Virus record (IMG/VR): IMGVR_UViG_3300043652_000023
Span: 1-41,731 of that record
Direction: 5' to 3' (one strand)
DNA: 41,731 nucleotides
From: a virus
Lineage: Duplodnaviria > Caudoviricetes
Below are positions 1-7,606 of the stretch, one piece after another. Each line of letters begins with the position of its first letter. The first letter of the stretch is position 1. Below the pieces are notes generated by a model. That model saw nothing but the letters and a program-made list of their open reading frames with translations, was not told the DNA's origin and did no database searches. A program made the translations under genes and the position numbers.

Positions 1-1
1 T

Positions 2-253
2 GCTTCAGCCGGACAACACGCTCCCGGCTACGCCCGAGAACTCGAACGAGCCTGCCTGATCCTGGCCTCGGTCGGGTTCCTCGCCACCGCCCTCGGTTTG
101 GTCGGAGCATTCGGCAACGGCTCGCTGATCGACGTCCTGTTCGCTGGCCTGGGCGCGTGCCTCTGCGGCTCGGCCATCGCGGTCGGCATCCAGGCCCGGA
201 CCACCGAGCAGCGCGTTCGCGCCGTTCTCCGTCGGATGCGGAAATCCCGATAA
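2..253 (+). CDS. Partial (5'-truncated) membrane protein
   Basis: Frame 2 is open from the window edge to TAA at 253. Two hydrophobic stretches (CLILASVGFLATALGLVGAF; VLFAGLGACLCGSAIAVGI). Followed by a hairpin. Confidence 0.6.
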   Translation, partial: ASAGQHAPGYARELERACLILASVGFLATALGLVGAFGNGSLIDVLFAGLGACLCGSAIAVGIQARTTEQRVRAVLRRMRKSR

Positions 254-254
254 C

Positions 255-287
255 CTGAGCCCCTGGCCGAAAAGGTTGGGGGCTCAG
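255..287 (+). terminator. Intrinsic terminator-like hairpin
   Basis: CTGAGCCCC...GGGGCTCAG directly after the stop codon. Confidence 0.6.
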
Positions 288-303
288 CTGTGTTCCCGGG
301 GTG

Positions 304-334
304 CTTGCGCGTTGGGCAAGGCTTGTGATTTAAT
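304..334 (+). promoter_or_regulatory. Cassette promoter/operator
   Basis: CTTGCGCGTTGGGCAAG; TTGCGC-18-TTTAAT with extended TG. Confidence 0.75.
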
Positions 335-380
335 TGTATTACCGGGCGGGACCACCGCCCCACACACCGAGGAGACCATC

Positions 381-632
381 ATGCAGGTCAAGTTCCAGCA
401 GGCCGAGACCGTCAACGGGCACCCGGCCAACTTCAACGACCTGGAGGTCTTCATCGACGGTTCGTTCTGGGGCTACGTCTCCGGACCGGCCAAGGGTCAG
501 CGAGGCGAGTGGATGTCGATCGCCGGGTACGAGCTGTGCGGCGAGCGCAAGATTACCCCCGGTGACTCCTGGAAGCGCGGCGGCAAGAACAAAGAGGCCG
601 CCCTCCTCGCGTCGCTCACCTTCGGCAGCTGA
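381..632 (+). CDS. Small hypothetical protein (83 aa)
   Basis: GAGGAG RBS before ATG 381; high GC3; hairpin terminator at 646-671. Confidence 0.8.
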   Translation: MQVKFQQAETVNGHPANFNDLEVFIDGSFWGYVSGPAKGQRGEWMSIAGYELCGERKITPGDSWKRGGKNKEAALLASLTFGS

Positions 633-690
633 CCGACTGCCCCCCAGCCCCTGGCCTTCGGGTCAGGGGCTCAGTCGTGTCACCAGTGAA

Positions 691-720
691 CTTGCGCAGG
701 ACGCAAGCCTGTGATTTAAT
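691..720 (+). promoter_or_regulatory. Cassette promoter/operator
   Basis: CTTGCGCAGGACGCAAG; TTGCGC-17-TTTAAT. Confidence 0.75.
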
Positions 721-768
721 GGAATTACACGGGGCGCCACCGCCCCCCGCAGTCACAAGGAGAACCAA

Positions 769-972
769 ATGGACTTCGACACCGCCATCAAGCTCGTTGC
801 CGACGACCAGCGCGCGAGCTGGCCGGAACTGTCCGATGGGGAGGCCGTCGACCACGCCCGGAACACCATCAACCCGGACACCCTCGACGCTCCAGGCACC
901 CGGCTCCACGACGCCTACCTGGTCGTGCTGACCGCAAAGCCGATCCAGATCGTGGCCGCATTCCGCCCCTGA
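769..972 (+). CDS. Small hypothetical protein (67 aa)
   Basis: AAGGAG RBS, downstream of the repeat promoter. Confidence 0.8.
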   Translation: MDFDTAIKLVADDQRASWPELSDGEAVDHARNTINPDTLDAPGTRLHDAYLVVLTAKPIQIVAAFRP

Positions 973-1034
973 CCGGCCTCCTCGGCCGCCGCTCCCTCCC
1001 GGAGCGGCGGCCTTTCGGGGTAGGAGGTACAACT

Positions 1035-1307
1035 GTGGAAACTGACGCAACATTGCGGTCCAGCGAGCCGGACAACGGCCTGATCTGGGCAGTGCACGAG
1101 GAGCTGAACGAGTTCGACACCGACGTCGCCATGCAGCGCGAGAACCGGCCTCTCCGAGCGGGTCGTATTGTGGCCACGGTCGAGGCCGCGCTGTTCGCGG
1201 ACTTCGCGGTCAAGCTGCGGGAACTCGGTCTGCCGCACCAGGCCAGCCACTACGACGAGCTGGCGGAGCGGCGCGAGATCCAGTCGACCGGCAAAGGCCG
1301 AGACTGA
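1035..1307 (+). CDS. Hypothetical protein (90 aa)
   Basis: AGGAGG RBS, GTG start, hairpin at about 1316-1345 after the stop. Confidence 0.75.
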   Translation: METDATLRSSEPDNGLIWAVHEELNEFDTDVAMQRENRPLRAGRIVATVEAALFADFAVKLRELGLPHQASHYDELAERREIQSTGKGRD

Positions 1308-1360
1308 GGCACCAGCGCCCCCGCCCGGACACACCGGCGGGGGCGTCGCCGTGTCAGGTA

Positions 1361-1390
1361 CTTGCGCCTGAGGCAAGCCCGTGATTTACT
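1361..1390 (+). promoter_or_regulatory. Cassette promoter/operator
   Basis: CTTGCGCCTGAGGCAAG...TGATTTACT. Confidence 0.75.
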
Positions 1391-1435
1391 GGTTGTAGAT
1401 CGGGGCGCTAAGCCTCGTCGGGAAGGGAGACGGTA

Positions 1436-1771
1436 ATGCGGAAGCACTCGGCAGCCACACTGGTCCACTTGATCAACGCAATGGACGGCCAGCGCGCAGT
1501 GACTATCCGCCACGTCAAGCCGAACGGCGAGGTAACCCGCCGCACGATCGAGATTCGCGGGTTCTGGGTTAGCAGGGCGGGCCACGTCATGATCCGCGCC
1601 TGGGACCGCAAGAGCGGCGAAGTCAGGGACTTCCGGCTCGAACGCGTGACCCATTACACTCTGCACCAGTCCGCCACCCTGGCCGGTTTCACCGCGCCCT
1701 ACGAGGTGGAGGAGCTGGAAGAGGACGACCGGTCGGCCGTTTGGGGGCGACCCTTTCGCCTGGCCGCGTGA
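1436..1771 (+). CDS. Stand-alone WYL-domain protein
   Basis: VTIRHVKPNGEVTRRTIEI...MIRAWDRKSGEVRDFRLERV matches the WYL signature (..R.FRxDRI); no HTH. Confidence 0.75.
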   Translation: MRKHSAATLVHLINAMDGQRAVTIRHVKPNGEVTRRTIEIRGFWVSRAGHVMIRAWDRKSGEVRDFRLERVTHYTLHQSATLAGFTAPYEVEELEEDDRSAVWGRPFRLAA

Positions 1772-1828
1772 CTGAATTGACATCGGGGGAAGTGGCGCCA
1801 GGTCACTTCCCAGAAATTGGGGGCTAAA

Positions 1829-2212
1829 ATGCTTCGCAGGGCAGCAAGCGGCGACTTCGTCCGCACGATCGGCACCAAGGAGATCGGCACCGTGGCAGGC
1901 TGGCGGGACGCCGGAACCAACGCGGGCGCCAGCGTTCTGGTCCGGTTCAGCGTCGATCGCATCCGACACGTCGAGGTGACCGACCTGGAGTTCGTGGCGA
2001 ACGCCAAGAAGGTAAATAACACCAACACTCGGGTGCTGTCCTGGGTCGGCTTCCTGGTGTCGGCCGGTCTTGGGGCGCAGATCGGTCTCGAACTCTTCAA
2101 CACTGGCTCGGGCCTCTCGCTCGCAGCCCCCCTGGGGGCGACAGTATTCACCGCCCTGCTCACCTGGTGGGGTATCGTCTGCCAACCCAGGAAGACCAAG
2201 CTCGTCAAGTGA
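1829..2212 (+). CDS. Hypothetical protein, N-terminal SH3-like barrel plus two TM helices
   Basis: GDFVRTIG..EIGTV..VLVRF pattern; two C-terminal hydrophobic segments; start uncertain. Confidence 0.65.
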   Translation: MLRRAASGDFVRTIGTKEIGTVAGWRDAGTNAGASVLVRFSVDRIRHVEVTDLEFVANAKKVNNTNTRVLSWVGFLVSAGLGAQIGLELFNTGSGLSLAAPLGATVFTALLTWWGIVCQPRKTKLVK

Positions 2213-2321
2213 ATGGTATACTCGGGGCGGTGGCGCTGATGGCGACCACCGCCCCGCGTTTGTGTGTGGAGGATGCACCAGAGTGAAACAACGTTCAATA
2301 AAGTTCCTCGGCGGAGCACAC

Positions 2322-2537
2322 GTGTTCACGCAGGACGAGCTAAACAACGCGTCCAGGTCGATAGCGGACGGCGCCCTGAGGTCACACGGTCACGCGGACG
2401 AGCCAGCCCCCGGAGAGGTCGAGAAATGGGTAGCCCGCGAACTCTTGGACTACCTGGGTCTGGTCGGACCGGAGGACGCGCGGTCGGCCACGGAAGGGGG
2501 CACCACAGCCCTCGTTCGGCCCCCGGGCGACTACTGA
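2322..2537 (+). CDS. Small hypothetical protein (71 aa)
   Basis: GGAG RBS then GTG at 2322, in the frame of ORF 2070..2537. Confidence 0.55.
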   Translation: MFTQDELNNASRSIADGALRSHGHADEPAPGEVEKWVARELLDYLGLVGPEDARSATEGGTTALVRPPGDY

Positions 2538-2610
2538 CGCGGCTTGCGCCAACCACCCCAGGCATGGTTGGATGTTCAGGGTGCAACGGACCTTGCCAGT
2601 CCTCCGAGGA

Positions 2611-2641
2611 CTTGTCCTCGACGCAAGGGACATGGTAGGAT
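2611..2641 (+). promoter_or_regulatory. Cassette promoter/operator variant
   Basis: TTGTCC-18-TAGGAT with extended TG; CTTGT-N7-GCAAG. Confidence 0.7.
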
Positions 2642-2687
2642 GGTTCTACAAGCCAACAGACTTCCACTTCCTTCCGGAGGAAACACC

Positions 2688-3233
2688 ATGAGCGAGACCC
2701 TTGAGGCCACCGACGTCGACACCGAAAACGTCGGCGAGGCCGAGGCCCCCGCGCCCCGCATCACCAAGGCGCCCGAGCCCTGCAACTGCGGCCGGTACAC
2801 GACCACGGACGAGAACGGCAACCAGGTCGACACCGACTGCACGTACGAGACGACCCGCAAGTTCGGCCCCGGCCACGACGCGAAGCTCAAGAGCCTGCTC
2901 ATCAAGGCCGCCGTGAACCGCCAGCCGGTGCGTCGGGTGTCCGACGGCGTCGAGTTGGAGGCCCTGGAGGTCGCCGGGGAGTTCGGCTTCCGTCCCCAGG
3001 TCCAGAAGGGTCTCGACGTCGCGGACAAGAAGGCGCAGGAGCTGGCCGACCGCAAGGCCGAGCGCGAGATGAAGAAGGTCGAGACGCAGCGCAAGCGCGA
3101 CGAGGCCAAGGCCGACCGCGCCCGCAAGGCCGAGGAGCGCAAGGCGAAGGCTGCCGAGGCCAAGGCCGCCGCGCAGGCCGCCAAGGACGAGGCTGCCGCG
3201 CAGGCCCCGTCCGACGACGTCGCGGCCTCCTGA
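2688..3233 (+). CDS. Cys/'FxPGHDA' family protein, paralogue 1, with charged coiled-coil tail
   Basis: GGAGG RBS; CNCG...C..ETTRKFGPGHDAKLKSLL; perfect hairpin at 3259-3293 follows. Confidence 0.85.
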   Translation: MSETLEATDVDTENVGEAEAPAPRITKAPEPCNCGRYTTTDENGNQVDTDCTYETTRKFGPGHDAKLKSLLIKAAVNRQPVRRVSDGVELEALEVAGEFGFRPQVQKGLDVADKKAQELADRKAEREMKKVETQRKRDEAKADRARKAEERKAKAAEAKAAAQAAKDEAAAQAPSDDVAAS

Positions 3234-3258
3234 CCCGGGCTGAACGCGACGTAACGAC

Positions 3259-3293
3259 TTTCGACCCCCGGCCACTCTGGTCGGGGGTCGAAA
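3259..3293. terminator. Terminator hairpin
   Basis: TTTCGACCCCCGGCCA-CTC-TGGTCGGGGGTCGAAA. Confidence 0.75.
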
Positions 3294-3311
3294 TGTACCC
3301 GCACCCAGGTA

Positions 3312-3342
3312 CTTGTCCGGTGCGCAATAGCAATGATAAAAT
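3312..3342 (+). promoter_or_regulatory. Cassette promoter/operator variant
   Basis: TTGTCC-18-TAAAAT with extended TG. Confidence 0.7.
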
Positions 3343-3371
3343 GGTATTTCCAACAAACGAGAGGGGCTGCA

Positions 3372-3569
3372 GTGGCAGGCAAGTTCGAGTTCATCACCAA
3401 GAAGTCGGTCGCACCCGGCGACGAGATCGAGGTCGACGGAATTCCGGCCCGGGTGCTGGCGACTCACGCGGAATTCGGCATCCACTACGAGGTTCCGATT
3501 CCTGGGCTGAACACGTCAGCCCGAGACTGGCTCCCCTGGGACCAGATCGTACAAGCTCGCGTCATCTGA
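3372..3569 (+). CDS. Small SH3-like hypothetical protein
   Basis: GAGGGG RBS, GTG start; VAPGDEIEVDGIPARVLA. Confidence 0.65.
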   Translation: MAGKFEFITKKSVAPGDEIEVDGIPARVLATHAEFGIHYEVPIPGLNTSARDWLPWDQIVQARVI

Positions 3570-3658
3570 AGTTTCCGGCCCGGTCGGGGAGTGATAAGGT
3601 CCCCCCTTCCGGGCCGGATTTGTTCAACCCACCACACAACCTCATTGGGGGACGTTAA

Positions 3659-4087
3659 ATGAACCGCAAACCGCAGGTCCTCGCCACCGGTCTCGTTGTC
3701 GCTGCCGCCCTGGGCGCTCTCTCTGCCTGCAGCGGGTCGACCAGCACAGTCAAGGGAGATCGGGACGACCTTCGCCATCACGCGGCGATCTGGGGCACGC
3801 ACTTGGTCAACACAACCCGGCAGCAGTGCACGCCGAAGACCACCACCCAGCGGGTCGGCAAGAACACAACGACGTCGACCACGAACAGCTGCAAGACCGT
3901 GGTAACCGGAACCCACTCCGAGCAGTATCAGCAGATCGCGCCCCGCTGGTGCGTCGAGCTGGACAACGTGGGGAAGACCAAGCAGGATGACGTGTGGTAT
4001 ACGGTCACCTCCGGAACGTACTACAAGGCCACCAACAAGCACAAGGGCGACCACATCAAACTGAGCTACCAGCATCGCGGCTGCTGA
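3659..4087 (+). CDS. Putative lipoprotein
   Basis: Basic N-terminus, hydrophobic core, lipobox LSAC; Thr-rich. Confidence 0.75.
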   Translation: MNRKPQVLATGLVVAAALGALSACSGSTSTVKGDRDDLRHHAAIWGTHLVNTTRQQCTPKTTTQRVGKNTTTSTTNSCKTVVTGTHSEQYQQIAPRWCVELDNVGKTKQDDVWYTVTSGTYYKATNKHKGDHIKLSYQHRGC

Positions 4088-4214
4088 ACGGCAGTCCGGC
4101 CGACCGCCCTCGTCCAGACCATGGGCGGGGGCGCGGCCATATCGGTGGTGGTAAGATCGGAATCGAAACGCCGGACCGTGACGGGGACGGCTTAAGCCCC
4201 AAGGAGGGCGAGCG

Positions 4215-4952
4215 GTGAGAAGGCAGGGAACAGCAGGTTACTCGGCGCGCAGGCAAGCGCGCCAAATCCGTATAAACGACCTCAAGTTGGCGTGTCAGTG
4301 GGGAGCGGGAGCCACGGTGGGCAGTGGCGTGGTCGCGGGCATGGCGCTGGGAGGCGTCTCCGTGGCATCTCTCGCAGCCGGAGGAGTCGCGGGGGTAGGC
4401 ACGGCCGTCTGGCGCTCCCGGAAGCCCTCGGCGGCCAAGCGGTGGCTGCAAGGAGCCAAGGCCGAGGCACGCACCGGCAGGGCGTTGAAGCCACTTCAGC
4501 GTTCGGGCTGGGAATTCTTGCACGACCTCAGCATCCCGAAGTCGAAAGCCAACCTCGACCACGTGGGGGTGCACCCTAGCGCTCAGTTCCTGGTGTACAT
4601 CGACACCAAGGCGTGGCACAGCAAGGGCGCGAAGATCAAGTGGGACCGCGACCGGTTGATGTATGGTCCGTGGGATAAGACCGCCAACCTGCGCACGGTC
4701 GAGTGGGAGGCCAGCAGGTTGGCCGAGATCATCCGGCTTCCCGTCATCTGCGTCATCGCCTGTGATGGCGGAACAGTAGTCGGCAACCAGGGTCCGCAGA
4801 CCCGGATCATCCAGGTCGGCGACAGCTACGTCATGCAGGCCGAAGACCTGATGTTCAATCTGGGCAACCTGGGCGCAGGGCTGCCGACCGACCCCCGAGC
4901 GGTGCGGAAGGTCCGCAACAGGATACGCGAGCAGTTCCCAGCAGCACGGTAA
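4215..4952 (+). CDS. NERD (nuclease-related) domain protein with N-terminal TM region
   Basis: W.QGAKAEART...GWEFLHDLSIP..KANLDHV.V....VYIDTKAW NERD pattern. Confidence 0.8.
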   Translation: MRRQGTAGYSARRQARQIRINDLKLACQWGAGATVGSGVVAGMALGGVSVASLAAGGVAGVGTAVWRSRKPSAAKRWLQGAKAEARTGRALKPLQRSGWEFLHDLSIPKSKANLDHVGVHPSAQFLVYIDTKAWHSKGAKIKWDRDRLMYGPWDKTANLRTVEWEASRLAEIIRLPVICVIACDGGTVVGNQGPQTRIIQVGDSYVMQAEDLMFNLGNLGAGLPTDPRAVRKVRNRIREQFPAAR

Positions 4953-4970
4953 CAACGGAAGCAGGGCGAG

Positions 4971-5705
4971 ATGAACGACCAGGACGACAAGCCGAAGTGC
5001 GTCGGGTGCCGTGGAGCGCTCAAGCTGAACGAGGCCAGCAGGCTCGTGTGTTACCTGTGTGAGGACAGCGTTCGGGAGGACCTGGAGGAGTTGGCCGGGC
5101 CGACCGGACTGTTTGCCCAGCTGGTTTGGGCGGGGGCCGACGCGTTGACGCCCGGCAGCAACCGGAGCAGCAGCGACCCGGTGGTCAAGATGTCGAAGAC
5201 CACCGCGCCCGACCCGGTCAGAATGCAGGCGATGAATCTGCTGGGGCGAGGTGGCGTAGTGAACACCCTGCAGCGTTGGGTTAAGGCGTGGTACGACGGC
5301 TTGGGATTCAGCCAGCCGATTTGGAGCGGCCAGCACCACTTCGTTGTGATGGTGTCGCCCTCCGGCAACAAGGTCCGGCGTCCTGGTCAGCTGGACAACA
5401 CGGTCAAAGCCCTGATGAACAACCTGCCCTGGGCGGTCGAGCACAGGGACGACTTCGGCTCATTCGCCAAGGACGTCCACCGGATGGTGGAGGACAGCCG
5501 ACGGGCCATCGACCCGACCGCCGCTCGACCTGTCCGGGTGTACGTCGGCAACTGTCCCAACGAGGTTAACGGCCTGATCTGCTCGGCCAAGCTGATGGCC
5601 GACCCGTTCGCCATGCACATCAGGTGCGCGAACTGCGGGACGTCCTGGCCCCGTGCCGATTGGTCCGCCTTGGGCGAGCAGACCGACCGCCGCCCCCGCA
5701 GCTAA
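4971..5705 (+). CDS. Multi-CxxC zinc-binding actinophage protein
   Basis: CVGC, CYLC, GNCP..C, CANC motifs. Confidence 0.8.
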   Translation: MNDQDDKPKCVGCRGALKLNEASRLVCYLCEDSVREDLEELAGPTGLFAQLVWAGADALTPGSNRSSSDPVVKMSKTTAPDPVRMQAMNLLGRGGVVNTLQRWVKAWYDGLGFSQPIWSGQHHFVVMVSPSGNKVRRPGQLDNTVKALMNNLPWAVEHRDDFGSFAKDVHRMVEDSRRAIDPTAARPVRVYVGNCPNEVNGLICSAKLMADPFAMHIRCANCGTSWPRADWSALGEQTDRRPRS

Positions 5706-5714
5706 CCGCGCACA

Positions 5715-5750
5715 GCGAAGCCCCCGACCTTAGCGGTCGGGGGCTTTCGC
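5715..5750. terminator. Bidirectional terminator between convergent genes
   Basis: GCGAAGCCCCCGACC-TTAGC-GGTCGGGGGCTTTCGC. Confidence 0.75.
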
Positions 5751-5756
5751 GTGTCC

Positions 5757-5924
5757 TCAGCGGCTGACGGGCCTGGCGGTGGTGATGAACCCCAGCTTGG
5801 GCGGGTACTCCCGAGTCAGCTGGCTGACGTCGTTCTCTTTCTGCTGGGGGGAGGTGGCGGTGCGGAACGTGACGAGTGCGCCCCCGTTGCGGTTGTCCGT
5901 GACGACTATCCGGTACGCGTCCAT
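5757..5924 (-). CDS. Small hypothetical protein (55 aa, MDAYRIVVTDNRNGG...), not in the ORF track
   Basis: AAGGAG RBS, with repeat promoter 5985-6001 upstream on the - strand. Confidence 0.7.
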   Translation of the reverse strand: MDAYRIVVTDNRNGGALVTFRTATSPQQKENDVSQLTREYPPKLGFITTARPVSR

Positions 5925-5970
5925 TCCCTGCTCCTTCGTCGGCCGAGGGGTTGTTCCCCTCGCTTACCCC

Positions 5971-6108
5971 GATCCAACCACGGGCTTGCCCACCGCGCAA
6001 GTCGGTTGGGGAAGGACTGCTCAATGCGCAAGTACATTAAGGCACTGGACTGCACAAAAAGAAGGTCGGCTCCGGTACTTGCCAGCGAAGCAAGCAACGT
6101 GATAAACT
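5971..6108. promoter_or_regulatory. Divergent promoter region with three palindrome copies
   Basis: 5985-6001 (-), 6016-6032 (-), 6078-6094 (+; TTGCCA-18-TAAACT). Confidence 0.65.
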
Positions 6109-6165
6109 GGTGGTCCAGTCCACGAGGGCGGCAACGCTCGACGGGCGCAGCAACGTTACCGAGAG

Positions 6166-7374
6166 GTGAAGACAGTGGAGGGAACAACTCAGGCGCCCGA
6201 GCTGGTTGGCGAGCGCGCCGTGCCAGTCGACCGCCGCACACGTCGCGGCCTCGGCCGAGTTGCGGTGAAGTCAGCGTCCGAGCAGGCCAAGTTCGACGAG
6301 GGCCTGCGACGCAGGCGCGCCAGCCGCGAGGACACGGCCGACAAGATCGAGGCCGACCGACAGACGCGGGCGCTGAAGGCCGAGGCACGATCCGAGCGGA
6401 TGGCTCGGGCTAGGTCGATGGCGGCCAAACTGGGGCGAGTGGTCATGATCACGGTCCCGATCGTCTCGCCGATGGCGGTGGCGTGGACGGGACAGGCCGG
6501 GTTCGCCGGTCGGGTTCTGGGCTGGCCGCTGGCGGCGGCGTTGCTCTACGCGGCGGCCTACGAGCTGTCGACCGTGTTCTGCGCCTGGATGTCCCACGAG
6601 GCCAAGGCCGACGGAGATCGAGGCACCGTGTACCGGGTCGCAACCTGGGTGTTCTGCTTCGGAGCCGCTGCGCAGCAGTGGTGGCACTACTCGATCAACT
6701 GGGAGCCGACCTCCCGATCTGTGATCTTCAGCTCGATGTCGATCGTAGGTCTGGCGGTCTGGGAACTGTACGAGCGACTGATCAGCCGACGAGCACTGCG
6801 GGAGGCAGGCCGGATCGGGAAGGCCCGACCCAAGATCGATCTCGCCCGCTGGGTGCGGTATCCTCGGATCTCCTGGCACGCCTGGTCGATCTCGATCCTG
6901 CACGACATCAGTACGCTGGACGAGGCGTGGACCCGGGCCGAGATCGAGATCGGTCGACGTCGGACCCAGAAGGACCTAAGGCGAGAGGTCCGCGAGCTGC
7001 GCAAGCAGTTGGAGATCGGTAAATCCGGACCCGAGGAGGCCAAGCCGATCTCGACTCCGCCTGGGGGCGTGGTGACCCTGGACCGCGAGCCGGTAAAGGC
7101 GGTGGCCGCAGCAGGTGAATCTCGGCCGGATCAAGGCAAGGCTGAGCTTCCGGCCATAGAGGCTCGACCTGCAGCAGCAAGCGAGGAGGCTGGCGACTTC
7201 ACGCCGACCAGCATCGAGAAGCAGGCCCTGGCGAACATGGTCAGCGGGGGTCTGAGCATCAACCGCGACAACTGCGCCACTGCCGTCCGTGAACTCGGCG
7301 GCGGGATCGCAACCAAGCGGGCGCGAGACCTGGCGGTTTGGGGTCGCGAGCACAAGGACAACGGCTTCGAGTGA
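6166..7374 (+). CDS. Spd/DUF2637-like multi-TM plasmid spread protein
   Basis: Coiled-coil N-terminus, about four TM helices, 'RW.R.PR.S..AW' motif typical of actinomycete plasmid Spd-type proteins; lies upstream of the TraB-like gene. Confidence 0.65.
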   Translation: MKTVEGTTQAPELVGERAVPVDRRTRRGLGRVAVKSASEQAKFDEGLRRRRASREDTADKIEADRQTRALKAEARSERMARARSMAAKLGRVVMITVPIVSPMAVAWTGQAGFAGRVLGWPLAAALLYAAAYELSTVFCAWMSHEAKADGDRGTVYRVATWVFCFGAAAQQWWHYSINWEPTSRSVIFSSMSIVGLAVWELYERLISRRALREAGRIGKARPKIDLARWVRYPRISWHAWSISILHDISTLDEAWTRAEIEIGRRRTQKDLRREVRELRKQLEIGKSGPEEAKPISTPPGGVVTLDREPVKAVAAAGESRPDQGKAELPAIEARPAAASEEAGDFTPTSIEKQALANMVSGGLSINRDNCATAVRELGGGIATKRARDLAVWGREHKDNGFE

Positions 7375-7554
7375 ACAGCGAGCGTCGCGCACGAGGCGGG
7401 TGAGACCCCGGCCGTGCACGTCGCCCATTGTTCAGTCAAACGCAAGGCGCACGGAAGCACGTCAGTAACACTGAGTAATTGTGACTGGGCCACAGTCACA
7501 CCGACACACCTCCCCTGTTGGGAAATTGTCCCAGGTCAGAGGGGGTCTGAGATA

Positions 7555-7591
7555 AATCACAATCTCAGTCTCAATCACGAATCACAGTCAC
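7555..7591 (+). repeat. Six degenerate hexamers A(A/G)TC(A/T)C, plus inverted repeat at 7480-7500
   Basis: aatcac aatctc agtctc aatcac g aatcac agtcac; TGTGACTG-N5-CAGTCACA. Confidence 0.6.
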
Positions 7592-7606
7592 GGGAGGTGA
7601 CAGCAA

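Noticed and set aside
304-320. Palindrome as a LexA/SOS box
   Set aside because: The actinobacterial SOS box is of the TCGAAC-N4-GTTCGA type; CTTGC-N7-GCAAG does not match
2543-2573. Additional operator copy CTTGCGCCAACC...TGGTTGGAT
   Set aside because: It has the -35 and -10-like parts but lacks the GCAAG arm; possibly a tandem promoter, so not counted
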